NCBI GenBank assembly: GCA_016935875.1
Contig: JAFGQD010000030.1
Span: forward strand, 1-33,339
Direction: 5' to 3'
DNA: 33,339 nucleotides
DNA from: Deltaproteobacteria bacterium
Lineage (GTDB): Bacteria > Desulfobacterota > Syntrophia > Syntrophales > UBA2210
Shown here: positions 19,393 through 27,612 of the stretch, in pieces
Numbering within the stretch: position 1 is the stretch's first letter
Layout of the letters: each line of letters opens with the position of its first letter
Notes under the pieces: model-generated
What the model was told of the DNA's origin: nothing
Seen by the model: the letters and a program-made list of their open reading frames with translations, nothing else
The model's database searches: none
Made by a program: the position numbers and the translations under genes

Positions 19393-21555
19393 CTAAACCG
19401 TCTCGGCAGGAGCATCCTCTTCCGGGGCCTTCTCCTCAGGAGCCTCAACCATCTCGGCTTCCTCAAGACCCATAGCCTCCCAGACTATCTCTGCGATATC
19501 AAGGGCTTTCATCTTTTCTTCCATCTCGCGGTCCTTGATACCGTCCGACATCATCGTGAGGCAGAAGGGGCAGCCGACCGCTATCGTCTCCGCCTTTACT
19601 TCAATGGCCTGGTCGGTCCTCATATCGTTGATCCGATCTCCGATATCTTCTTCCATCCACATCCTCGCGCCACCGGCACCGCAACAGAAGCTCTTGGCGT
19701 GTTTCCTTTCCATCTCGGACAGTTTCATGCCGGGAACGGCCGCGAGTATCTTCCGTGGCTGTTCGTAGATATCGTTGTATCTGCCCAGGAAGCAGGAATC
19801 GTGGTAAGTGAACAGGCCTTCAACCGGTTGTTTCAGCTTGAGCTTACCCTGAGCTATAAGATCGGCGATTATCTCTGTATGATGATAGACCTCAAAATTA
19901 CCGCCGAAATGCGGATAGTCCTTCTTGATCATGTTATAACCGTGGGGGCAGGTGCAGATGATCTTCTTTACGCCATATCCGTTCATCACGTCTATGTTCA
20001 TCTGCGCCAAGGTCTGGGAGAGATACTCATTCCCGCCCCTCATGGCGGAATCGCCGCAGCAACCCTCTTCCTCACCCAGGATGCCGAAACCGATGCCGGC
20101 CTCCTTCAGAATCTTTGCAAAGGCGACGGTAACCTTTTTACCCCTGTCATCAAATGATCCGGAACATCCCACATAGAAGAGGTACTCCACATTCGGATCT
20201 TCGGCAAGCGTCTTGACGCCCACCTCTTTGGCCCAGTCGGCCCTCATATGAGCCCCTATTCCCCAGGGATTGGAGTTGTTTTCCATATTCCGGTACGTCA
20301 GTTGCAGTTCAGGAGAAAAATCGGCCTCCATCAGCACCTTGTACTGTCTCATGCCGGTGATCATCGGAACGTGTTCATTAAATACCGGGCATGCCTCCAT
20401 ACAGTACATACAGTTCGTGCACGCCCACAGTTCGTGGAGATCGATAACCTCACCTACCATCACCTTTTCCGGCTCCGGGATAACAGGCTCCTCTCCCTCT
20501 TTGGCGGCCTTCTTCGCCGCCATCACAACAGGCGCCCGCTCAAGCCAGTATTGCTTGATGTCCTGATGCAGTTTCTTCGGGGACAGGGGTTTGCCCGACA
20601 GGTACGCGGGACATCCGTCCTGACACCGTCCGCATTTCAGGCACGCATCGGAATTGAAGATCTGCTTCCAGGTAAAATTTTCAAGCTGTCCCACACCGAA
20701 AGACTCGGCTGTCTCAAAGTCCGCAATGGGCTCGAGATATCCCGTCGGTTTGAGTGATTTCATATACTGGTTGGCAGGAGCGAGGACGATATGTATCAGC
20801 TTCGAGAAGGGCAGGTACGCGATAAAACCGAAGGCGAGAAATGCGTGTATCCACCACGTCAATTTATGAAGAATCTTGACGGTATCGTAACTGATACCCG
20901 TCAGAGTCTTAGCAAAGGCGTACCCTACAAAGGACCATCCGCCCCAGGTATATCCGTCTACATTGATGTTCACATAAAGCCGGAACCCTTCGAGTAGAAA
21001 TCCTGTTATGATAATGCCGCCTATGAGGAGGAGGGCAATGGCGTCGTCTGCAACCGCGTCCGCCTTCCCCCGGTAGCCGAGTCGGTCCGGTTTCTGGATA
21101 TATTTTCTCCAGACCGCAAGGACAATACCGACAAGGACGGTCAGACCGAAGACCTCCATGATGAATGAAAATCCGAGATAGAACCCTCCGTTAAAGAAGG
21201 GAACGAGGAAGGGGAGGTGGAAGTGGGTCGCATCGAAGGCCGCACCAAATATCAGGACAAAGAATCCGAAAAATATGAGGGCATGCATAATGCCGGGATA
21301 TGCTTCTTTGAATGTCCTGATCTGAAACAGACCATTGAGAAGGAGCGACTTGATCCGTTCCCCCGGTTCATCGGTCCTCTTTTCCGGCAGGCCGATCGCC
21401 TTCCACATCTGCCAGCGCAGGTAAAAGCCATAGGCACATATCGCTATGGCAATAGCCGCAAATAGAAACAGTATCAATTCGGAGGGGAAAGGGGCATTCC
21501 AGAATACCTCTCTCCCTTCATTTCCTACAGAGTATACATCTCCACCATGTGCCAT
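19393..21555 (-). CDS. membrane-bound FeS oxidoreductase: cytochrome-b-like TM domain fused to 2x[4Fe-4S] and HdrD/GlpC-type CCG domains (DUF224/EMO-type ETF:menaquinone oxidoreductase)
   Basis: About 5-6 hydrophobic helices in the first ~270 aa. Ferredoxin motifs CLKCGRCQDGCP and CTNCMYCMEACP. Cys-rich CCG-type segments YVGCSGSF, CCGDSAM, CTCPHG, FCCGAGG, VGCPFC. It lies directly downstream of etfBA. Confidence 0.85.
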   Translation of the reverse strand: MAHGGDVYSVGNEGREVFWNAPFPSELILFLFAAIAIAICAYGFYLRWQMWKAIGLPEKRTDEPGERIKSLLLNGLFQIRTFKEAYPGIMHALIFFGFFVLIFGAAFDATHFHLPFLVPFFNGGFYLGFSFIMEVFGLTVLVGIVLAVWRKYIQKPDRLGYRGKADAVADDAIALLLIGGIIITGFLLEGFRLYVNINVDGYTWGGWSFVGYAFAKTLTGISYDTVKILHKLTWWIHAFLAFGFIAYLPFSKLIHIVLAPANQYMKSLKPTGYLEPIADFETAESFGVGQLENFTWKQIFNSDACLKCGRCQDGCPAYLSGKPLSPKKLHQDIKQYWLERAPVVMAAKKAAKEGEEPVIPEPEKVMVGEVIDLHELWACTNCMYCMEACPVFNEHVPMITGMRQYKVLMEADFSPELQLTYRNMENNSNPWGIGAHMRADWAKEVGVKTLAEDPNVEYLFYVGCSGSFDDRGKKVTVAFAKILKEAGIGFGILGEEEGCCGDSAMRGGNEYLSQTLAQMNIDVMNGYGVKKIICTCPHGYNMIKKDYPHFGGNFEVYHHTEIIADLIAQGKLKLKQPVEGLFTYHDSCFLGRYNDIYEQPRKILAAVPGMKLSEMERKHAKSFCCGAGGARMWMEEDIGDRINDMRTDQAIEVKAETIAVGCPFCLTMMSDGIKDREMEEKMKALDIAEIVWEAMGLEEAEMVEAPEEKAPEEDAPAETV

Positions 21556-21651
21556 AATGCTTCAGCCTCCGTATAATTGTCCCTCAGGGGTAAGGAGTCT
21601 CAAGATATGAAGTATACGATAAAAGTGAACCCTCCCCCGGTTAATCCTCTC

Positions 21652-21690
21652 AAAAAAAAGGGAGGTGGATAATGTATCCACCTCCCTTTT
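21652..21690 (-). terminator. strong bidirectional-looking hairpin between etfA and the FeS oxidoreductase gene
   Basis: Perfect 11-bp stem gggaggtggat / atccacctccc with a 5-nt loop, flanked by A8 (21652-21659) and TTTT (21687-21690). On the minus strand the stem is followed by U8. Confidence 0.65.
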
Positions 21691-21695
21691 GAGCC

Positions 21696-22670
21696 TTACA
21701 GTATCTTCTTCGCTGCAGCTGTCACTTCAGGAATGACTTTAAAGAGATCGTCCACGATACCATAATCGGCCTTGGCAAAAATCGGGGCCTCGGCATCTTT
21801 ATTAATCGCAACGATATATTTTGAAGAACTCATACCCGCGAGATGTTGAATGGCTCCGGAGATACCACACGCGATGTACAGGTTCGGAGAGACCACCTTA
21901 CCGGTCTGTCCCACCTGATCCGTCTGCGGTCTCCATCCCGCGTCAACGGCGGCTCTTGAGGCGCCAACCGCCGCGCCGAGAAGGTCTGCCAGTTCTTCAA
22001 TTATCTTGTACTCATCGGGACCCTTCATGCCGCGTCCGCCCGAAACAATGATATCCGCTTCCGTAAGATCGACCTTGCCGCTTGTATCCTTTTGTGTTTC
22101 AAGTACTTTGGTTTTGAGGTCGCCCGCGGCGATCCCCGCGTCAAACTTCACCACTTCACCGGCCTTGGCATTTTCCACGGCGGGGAAGACATTCGGGCGC
22201 AGAGATGCCATCTGGGGATAACTTTCCACAACAATCTCCCCAAAGCACTTGCCCGCATACATCGGCCTGATTGCGAGAAGTTTGCCATCGGCTATCTTTA
22301 TATCCGTACAGTCCGAAGCCATTCCCGTAGCCAATTTCCCAACCAGGCTTGCTGAAAGGTCCTTGCCTTGTACCGATGAGCCCAAAAGCAGAATAGACGC
22401 GTCATTTTCCTTCACAACCTTGGCAACCGCCGCGCTGTACGCATCGGTTGTATAATTGGCATAGATGGGGTCATCCGCTATATATACCTTATCCACACCA
22501 TATTTGGCCAGTTCCGGAGCAAGACCCTCAACACCGGACCCCACCAGAACCGCGTTTACATCGTCGCCCAGTTCATCCGCAAGTTTTCTTGCCACACTGG
22601 CAATCTCGAATGATATCTTGCGAAGGGCGCCATCTCTTTGTTCAGCAACTATCCATACACCTTTTGCCAT
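21696..22670 (-). CDS. etfA: electron transfer flavoprotein, alpha subunit
   Basis: 324 aa. C-terminal FAD-binding region GQTGKVVSPNLYIACGISGAIQHLAGM. GGGAGGAGG RBS. Confidence 0.92.
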   Translation of the reverse strand: MAKGVWIVAEQRDGALRKISFEIASVARKLADELGDDVNAVLVGSGVEGLAPELAKYGVDKVYIADDPIYANYTTDAYSAAVAKVVKENDASILLLGSSVQGKDLSASLVGKLATGMASDCTDIKIADGKLLAIRPMYAGKCFGEIVVESYPQMASLRPNVFPAVENAKAGEVVKFDAGIAAGDLKTKVLETQKDTSGKVDLTEADIIVSGGRGMKGPDEYKIIEELADLLGAAVGASRAAVDAGWRPQTDQVGQTGKVVSPNLYIACGISGAIQHLAGMSSSKYIVAINKDAEAPIFAKADYGIVDDLFKVIPEVTAAAKKIL

Positions 22671-22694
22671 TTTTTTATCCTCCTCCCTTTCCCG

Positions 22695-23456
22695 TTAAAT
22701 TACCTTGGCCTCTTCCCTCAGAAGTTTGACCAGTTCAGCGGCCTTCGCAGCCGGATCATCACCTGCAATGATCTTTCCCGGAGCCCTTACAGGAGGGGGA
22801 GTCATTCTGGCAATCTTTGCCTTCGGCTCGATGGATATACCGAGAGCAGCCGCGTCCTTGACATCAACCGGTTTCTTCTTCGCCTTCATAATGCCGGGGA
22901 GGGATGCATACCGTGGTTCATTCAATCCCTTCTGTGCGGTAACAACGCACGGCATCGCACTCTCTATGACAAGCTGCGCCCCTTCTATGGGTTTGATGGC
23001 CTTCACCTTGCCATCCGCCACCTCAAGTCCCGTTACGATAGTAACCTGCGGAATTCCAAGAAGCTCAGCCAGGACAGAACCTACCTGACCGGAGTCATCA
23101 TCAATCGCCCTCTGTCCGCAGAAAACGATATCCGGATTAATGTCCTTTATGGCGGCTGCCAGAGCGGCGGCTGTGTTATATGCGTCCGCCCCGTCAATGG
23201 TGATATGGACACCCTTATCCGCACCCATGGCAAGGGCGGTCCGGATTGTCTCCATTGTCCGTGCGGGACCAAGGGATACAACCGTCACTTCTCCGCCGTT
23301 CGCCTCTTTCAGCTTCAGGGCCGCTTCAACGCCATACTCGTCATAAGGGTTCATCACCCATTTGATTCCGCCCTCGTCAATACCGGAGCCGTCCGGTTTT
23401 ACCTTGATCAACGCCTCGGTATCAGGAACCTGTTTTACACATGCAACTATGTTCAC
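22695..23456 (-). CDS. etfB: electron transfer flavoprotein, beta subunit
   Basis: 253 aa. IVACVKQVPDTE, NPYDEYGVEAAL. GTG start at 23456, 6 nt after AAAGGAGG. Confidence 0.92.
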   Translation of the reverse strand: MNIVACVKQVPDTEALIKVKPDGSGIDEGGIKWVMNPYDEYGVEAALKLKEANGGEVTVVSLGPARTMETIRTALAMGADKGVHITIDGADAYNTAAALAAAIKDINPDIVFCGQRAIDDDSGQVGSVLAELLGIPQVTIVTGLEVADGKVKAIKPIEGAQLVIESAMPCVVTAQKGLNEPRYASLPGIMKAKKKPVDVKDAAALGISIEPKAKIARMTPPPVRAPGKIIAGDDPAAKAAELVKLLREEAKVI

Positions 23457-23481
23457 AATAACCTCCTTTCACCGATGGATG

Positions 23482-23502
23482 CGGGGCGCTTCCCGCGCCC
23501 CG
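23482..23502 (-). other. GC-rich 8-bp hairpin in the etfB leader
   Basis: cggggcgc-ttccc-gcgccccg, with no U tract. It would sit at the very 5' end of a transcript from the candidate promoter at 23513-23540. Confidence 0.45.
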
Positions 23503-23512
23503 TTCCATCACC

Positions 23513-23540
23513 TTAATAGTAGTTAAAATCCAAGGTTCAA
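23513..23540 (-). promoter_or_regulatory. candidate sigma70-type promoter for etfBA (TTGAAC-16-TATTAA)
   Basis: The minus strand reads TTGAACcttggattttaactacTATTAAgg. The -35 overlaps the palindrome GGTTCAA-N2-TTGAACC (23534-23549). Confidence 0.35.
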
Positions 23541-23570
23541 AGTTGAACCACATCCACGTAATCGGCCTAT

Positions 23571-25541
23571 CTATATTCTATTCTTCACGATGTCATCCAC
23601 GACAGAGGGATCCGCCAGGGTCGAGGTGTCGCCCAGATCATCGACCTCGTTGGCTGCAACCTTCTTCAGTATCCTGCGCATGATCTTTCCGCTCCTCGTC
23701 TTGGGAAGACCGTCCGCCCACTGAATCTTCTCGGGAGTGGCGATTGGACCGATCTCCTTGCGCACGTGAGCGACCAGTTCTTTCATCAGTTCAGGAGTCT
23801 TTTCAACCCCGGTATTCAGGGTGACATAGGCGTAGATCGACTGTCCCTTCATTTCATGAGGATACCCGACAACGGCCGCCTCGGCAACCATTGGATGCTT
23901 GACCAGGGCGGACTCGACTTCCGCAGTACCCATCCGGTGACCGGAGACGTTGATAACGTCATCGATACGTCCGGTAATCTGGTAATAACCGTCTTCGTCT
24001 CTCCTTGCGCCGTCACCGGCCACATAGTACCCGGGGAACTGTTCGAAGTAGGTCTCCTTGAATCTATTAACATCGCCATAGATCCCTCTTGTGATTCCCG
24101 GCCAGGGCTTCTTCATGCAGAGGGCGCCCGACGCAACTGTCTCTGTCAATTCCTTCCCTTCATCGTCCAAGAGGACAGGCCATACACCCATGAACGGAAC
24201 GGTAGCCATGCCCGGTTTGATATCCGTGGCGCCCGGAAGCGGAGTAATCAGAATTCCACCGGTTTCTGACTGCCACCAGGTATCGACAATGGGGCACTCG
24301 CCGCGTCCGATGAGATTGTAGTACCAGTTCCACGCTTCGGGATTAATCGGTTCACCTACCGTGCCGAGGATCCTCAGCGAGGAGATGTCCGCGCCCTTCA
24401 CCCATTCGTCGCCCTCTTTGGCGATCGCGCGGATGGCTGTCGGAGCGGTGTAGAAGATATTGACCTTGTACTTCTCAACGATCTGCCAGAAACGGCTCAT
24501 ATTGGGATAGTTCGGAACTCCTTCATACTGGATCGATGTGGCGCCGTTGCACAGCGGTCCATAGACGATATAGCTGTGTCCGGTAACCCATCCGATATCG
24601 GCGGTGCACCAGTACATATCACCTTCCTGGTAGTCAAAAATCATCTTGTGTGTATATGCTACATACACGAGATATCCTGCCGTGGTATGCACAACACCCT
24701 TCGGCTTCCCGGTGGAACCCGATGTATAAAGGATAAAGAGGGGATCTTCCGCATCCATCCACTCGGGCTCACAGTTGGCATCAACCTTTTCCATCTCGGC
24801 ATGCCACCAGAGATCTTGTCCCTCCGTCCAGTTGCATTTGATCTTGTCTCCGACACGCTCCACGACTATGGTCTTCTCAATGGAGGGGCACTGCGCCACT
24901 GCCGCGTCCGAATTTGTCTTCTGAGGAATAGCCTTGGCACCGCGAAATGTTCCATCGCAGGTAACGAGGACCTTGGCCTGGCTGTCCTGTATCCTATCCT
25001 TCAGCGCATCCGCGGAAAATCCGCCGAAGACGATGCTGTGGACTGCGCCGATACGCGTGCACGCCAGCATGGAGATGACCAGTTCGGGGATCATGGGCAG
25101 ATAGATAACGACCCTGTCTCCCTTCTTGACACCCTGGGCCTTGAGGACATTGGCGAACTTGCAGACCTCTTCATGCAGCATCTTGTAGGTAATGCCCTTC
25201 TCTTCACCGGGCTCGTTTCCCTCCCACTGAATGGCTACCTGATCGCCCCGTTTTTCAAGGTGTCTGTCGAGGCAGTTATAGGAAACATTCAGTTTGGCGC
25301 CTTCAAAGTACCCGATAGAGATAGGGCCTTTGCGGATATCGAAGTTGTACTCCTCAACCTTGTCCCACTTCTTGAACCAAGTCACATATTCATCCGCTAT
25401 CTCACCCCAGAAACCATCCGGATCTTCAATGGAACGCTTATAGAGCTTTTCATACTCCTCCTTACCCTTGATATGGGCCTTCTCCTTTATCCATTCAGGT
25501 ACAGGATACACTGCCTTCAATGCTACCTTTTCTTCCGCCAT
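23571..25541 (-). CDS. acs: acetyl-CoA synthetase (AMP-forming)
   Basis: 656 aa. [21 protein letters not shown], and the A10 motif [21 protein letters not shown]. Confidence 0.95.
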   Translation of the reverse strand: MAEEKVALKAVYPVPEWIKEKAHIKGKEEYEKLYKRSIEDPDGFWGEIADEYVTWFKKWDKVEEYNFDIRKGPISIGYFEGAKLNVSYNCLDRHLEKRGDQVAIQWEGNEPGEEKGITYKMLHEEVCKFANVLKAQGVKKGDRVVIYLPMIPELVISMLACTRIGAVHSIVFGGFSADALKDRIQDSQAKVLVTCDGTFRGAKAIPQKTNSDAAVAQCPSIEKTIVVERVGDKIKCNWTEGQDLWWHAEMEKVDANCEPEWMDAEDPLFILYTSGSTGKPKGVVHTTAGYLVYVAYTHKMIFDYQEGDMYWCTADIGWVTGHSYIVYGPLCNGATSIQYEGVPNYPNMSRFWQIVEKYKVNIFYTAPTAIRAIAKEGDEWVKGADISSLRILGTVGEPINPEAWNWYYNLIGRGECPIVDTWWQSETGGILITPLPGATDIKPGMATVPFMGVWPVLLDDEGKELTETVASGALCMKKPWPGITRGIYGDVNRFKETYFEQFPGYYVAGDGARRDEDGYYQITGRIDDVINVSGHRMGTAEVESALVKHPMVAEAAVVGYPHEMKGQSIYAYVTLNTGVEKTPELMKELVAHVRKEIGPIATPEKIQWADGLPKTRSGKIMRRILKKVAANEVDDLGDTSTLADPSVVDDIVKNRI

Positions 25542-25974
25542 CTTTTCACTACCTCCATTTTGTGATTTTCTGTAAACAAAGCGTGGTTAAGGACTTCCGC
25601 TCTCTGTTTCAACCGGAGGAACATCAGGCCAACCTCCGGAGAGCAAACCAAGGTCAGAATATGACTAAAGGTCATATTTAGCTGAGTGAGGTAATCAAAA
25701 AACGGGATGTATGTCAAGGAAAAAAATACCCAAAAATCCAGCAGAGTCGAAACATAGGTCTCAGCGGATTAGTTCTTTTCGGGTTTTTGCCCATAAAAAC
25801 CCTGGTAGCGGTCCGACACTCGCGCTGTATAAAACCTGTTTGTGCCTATAACTGCCGCGCCCCTGTGAATGAAGTTCTTTGATTCCCGCCAATCCTTCCT
25901 CAATGATGCATATTTATTCTGTCATCCGGAAATAATCCAGGGAAGCCAAAGACTTCCCTGCTCTGAGCCGCAGC

Positions 25975-26036
25975 AAAAAATATTAAAAAATATCTTGACA
26001 TTAAAACTAATGCGGTGTTAGAGGACCCGATATAAT
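25975..26036 (+). promoter_or_regulatory. promoter-like elements upstream of the porin gene: A/T-rich tract plus perfect TTGACA (25995-26000) and perfect TATAAT (26031-26036)
   Basis: Both hexamers were read directly from the sequence. They are 30 nt apart, so they cannot belong to one standard sigma70 promoter. Which one is used, if either, is unknown. Confidence 0.3.
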
Positions 26037-26155
26037 AAGTTTATTCTTGCTCCGCGGGGGGTTGGGGTGCGCATGGTGTGTACTCCGAATATGGAGCAGA
26101 GGGAGGTGATAGGGGGGAAAGAAAAATCGATGGTATTTGAATCTGATATGTACAT

Positions 26156-26215
26156 TTAGGGGTTTAAGACTACAAAAATAAACTTAGGGGTTTAAGACAA
26201 CAAAAATTTAGGAGG
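26156..26215 (+). repeat. tandem direct repeat: 2 x 24 nt (23/24 identical) plus a third truncated unit that is the porin RBS
   Basis: TTAGGGGTTTAAGACTACAAAAAT (26156-26179), TTAGGGGTTTAAGACAACAAAAAT (26184-26207), TTAGGAGG (26208-26215). The ATG is at 26223. Confidence 0.9.
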
Positions 26216-26222
26216 AAGAATA

Positions 26223-27503
26223 ATGAAGAAGATATTGGTTGTACTGTTCGCACTGGGCCTGGTCTTTTCATTTTCAGCACCCGTGATGGCAACAGATGTT
26301 TCGGTGGATGGTTCCTACCGCATAAGGGGCTGGTCGGACACCAACTCTCCCCTGGTGGAAGACTCCACGTCAAGCGCGTATTATGACCAGAGACTGCGTG
26401 TGAACGTCACATTCCAGGTTGCGGAAGGCCTGAAGGTAATCACCAGGTGCGACATCATGGACGGCGTCATGGGTGAGCCCGCCATGGTGGATCCAACAGC
26501 GGACGATAATATCGAATTCGACAAGGCCTATGTGGAGTTCATGACCGGTGTCGGCAGGGTGAGAGCGGGTATCTTCTCCCACGGCGTGTGGGGTACCGGC
26601 TTCGGCGATCTGGAAGTATTCGTGCCGAAGATCGACTTCATCACCAAACTTGGCAATATAGTCGTCTATTTCGACGTTACAAAAGATTACGAAGGTGACC
26701 GGGGACATGTCATTGACGATCGCGACGATGACGGATATTTAACCTCAATCTTTTACATGGACAAGGGAATAGAGATCGGTGTACTTTATACATTCTACCG
26801 TTACGCCCATGCTCCGGCGGCTCCGCTGGGAATTCCGTCCTCGTTTGGACTGACAGCCAAGGCACATGCCCTCCTCTTTGAAACAAAACTGACCATGGGC
26901 GACCTCTATGTAGAGGGAGAGGCCGGCTGGGTTAAAGGCGAATTAGACACCACCCCCGTGAGTTGGATGCTGGGGGGATTGAAATCCATGGACATAGAGG
27001 GCCTCAGGGCATATCTGATGGCCAAATACACCATCGGCCCCGCGTATGTCGGCGGATTCGCTGCCTACGTGCAGGGTGATGATTGGAAAACCGGCGACTC
27101 GCTGGAAAACTTCTTGAACTCCGGCGGTGACTGGGATCCCTGCCTGATCCTCTTCAATGATACCTGTCCGACCTCACTGGGTCACGTTGCCGGTGCTACC
27201 ACGGGAACCTTTATGGACAACGGATGGCTCTATCAGGTCTTCGCGGGCGCGAGCCCCATGGACAAAGTCTCCGTCAAGGCGTCTCTGTCCTATGCCTATG
27301 CGGATAAGAAACCGAGAAACTTCGTTGACGATGTATACGGCACAGAGGTTGACCTGGAGGCAGCATACAAAATCTTTGACAATCTCACCTATTCAGCGGG
27401 CTTCGGTTATCTCGCTGCAGGCGACTACTACAAAGGCACGGATAAAAACAATAAGATCGACAACACCTATCTCTTGATGAACAAACTGGAGGTAAGCTTC
27501 TAA
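26223..27503 (+). CDS. putative outer-membrane beta-barrel porin (family not assignable by eye)
   Basis: Signal peptide MKKILVVLFALGLVFSFSAPVMA|TD. Alternating hydrophobic/aromatic beta-strand pattern and many D/G/Y-rich loops. The C-terminal ...KLEVSF ends in Phe, as is typical of BAM substrates. AGGAGG RBS 7 nt upstream. Confidence 0.7.
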   Translation: MKKILVVLFALGLVFSFSAPVMATDVSVDGSYRIRGWSDTNSPLVEDSTSSAYYDQRLRVNVTFQVAEGLKVITRCDIMDGVMGEPAMVDPTADDNIEFDKAYVEFMTGVGRVRAGIFSHGVWGTGFGDLEVFVPKIDFITKLGNIVVYFDVTKDYEGDRGHVIDDRDDDGYLTSIFYMDKGIEIGVLYTFYRYAHAPAAPLGIPSSFGLTAKAHALLFETKLTMGDLYVEGEAGWVKGELDTTPVSWMLGGLKSMDIEGLRAYLMAKYTIGPAYVGGFAAYVQGDDWKTGDSLENFLNSGGDWDPCLILFNDTCPTSLGHVAGATTGTFMDNGWLYQVFAGASPMDKVSVKASLSYAYADKKPRNFVDDVYGTEVDLEAAYKIFDNLTYSAGFGYLAAGDYYKGTDKNNKIDNTYLLMNKLEVSF

Positions 27504-27529
27504 AGATCTTTTAGAAGAACCGGTCTGGA

Positions 27530-27568
27530 AAGGCCCCGGGGGAGACTGGCTCCCTCGGGGCCTTTTTT
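27530..27568 (+). terminator. Rho-independent terminator of the porin gene
   Basis: aaaggccccggggga / tccctcggggccttt, a 15-bp stem with one G-U pair and a 7-nt loop, running into T6. Confidence 0.85.
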
Positions 27569-27612
27569 CATCCGCAGATTAGGAAGATACGGGCATCGCC
27601 TCTATCTTCTGT

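Noticed and set aside
25658-25678. Palindrome AATATGAC-N5-GTCATATT in the acs leader, downstream of a TTGACA (25717-25712, minus strand), as a possible operator.
   Set aside because: The associated -10 is poor (TTACCT). Inverted repeats with 8-bp arms and short loops are expected several times by chance in this window. There is no second copy.
25523-25717. 64-aa ORF on the minus strand overlapping the acs start.
   Set aside because: No RBS and a hydrophobic, odd composition. It overlaps the acs RBS and start in another frame and spans the likely acs promoter and leader.
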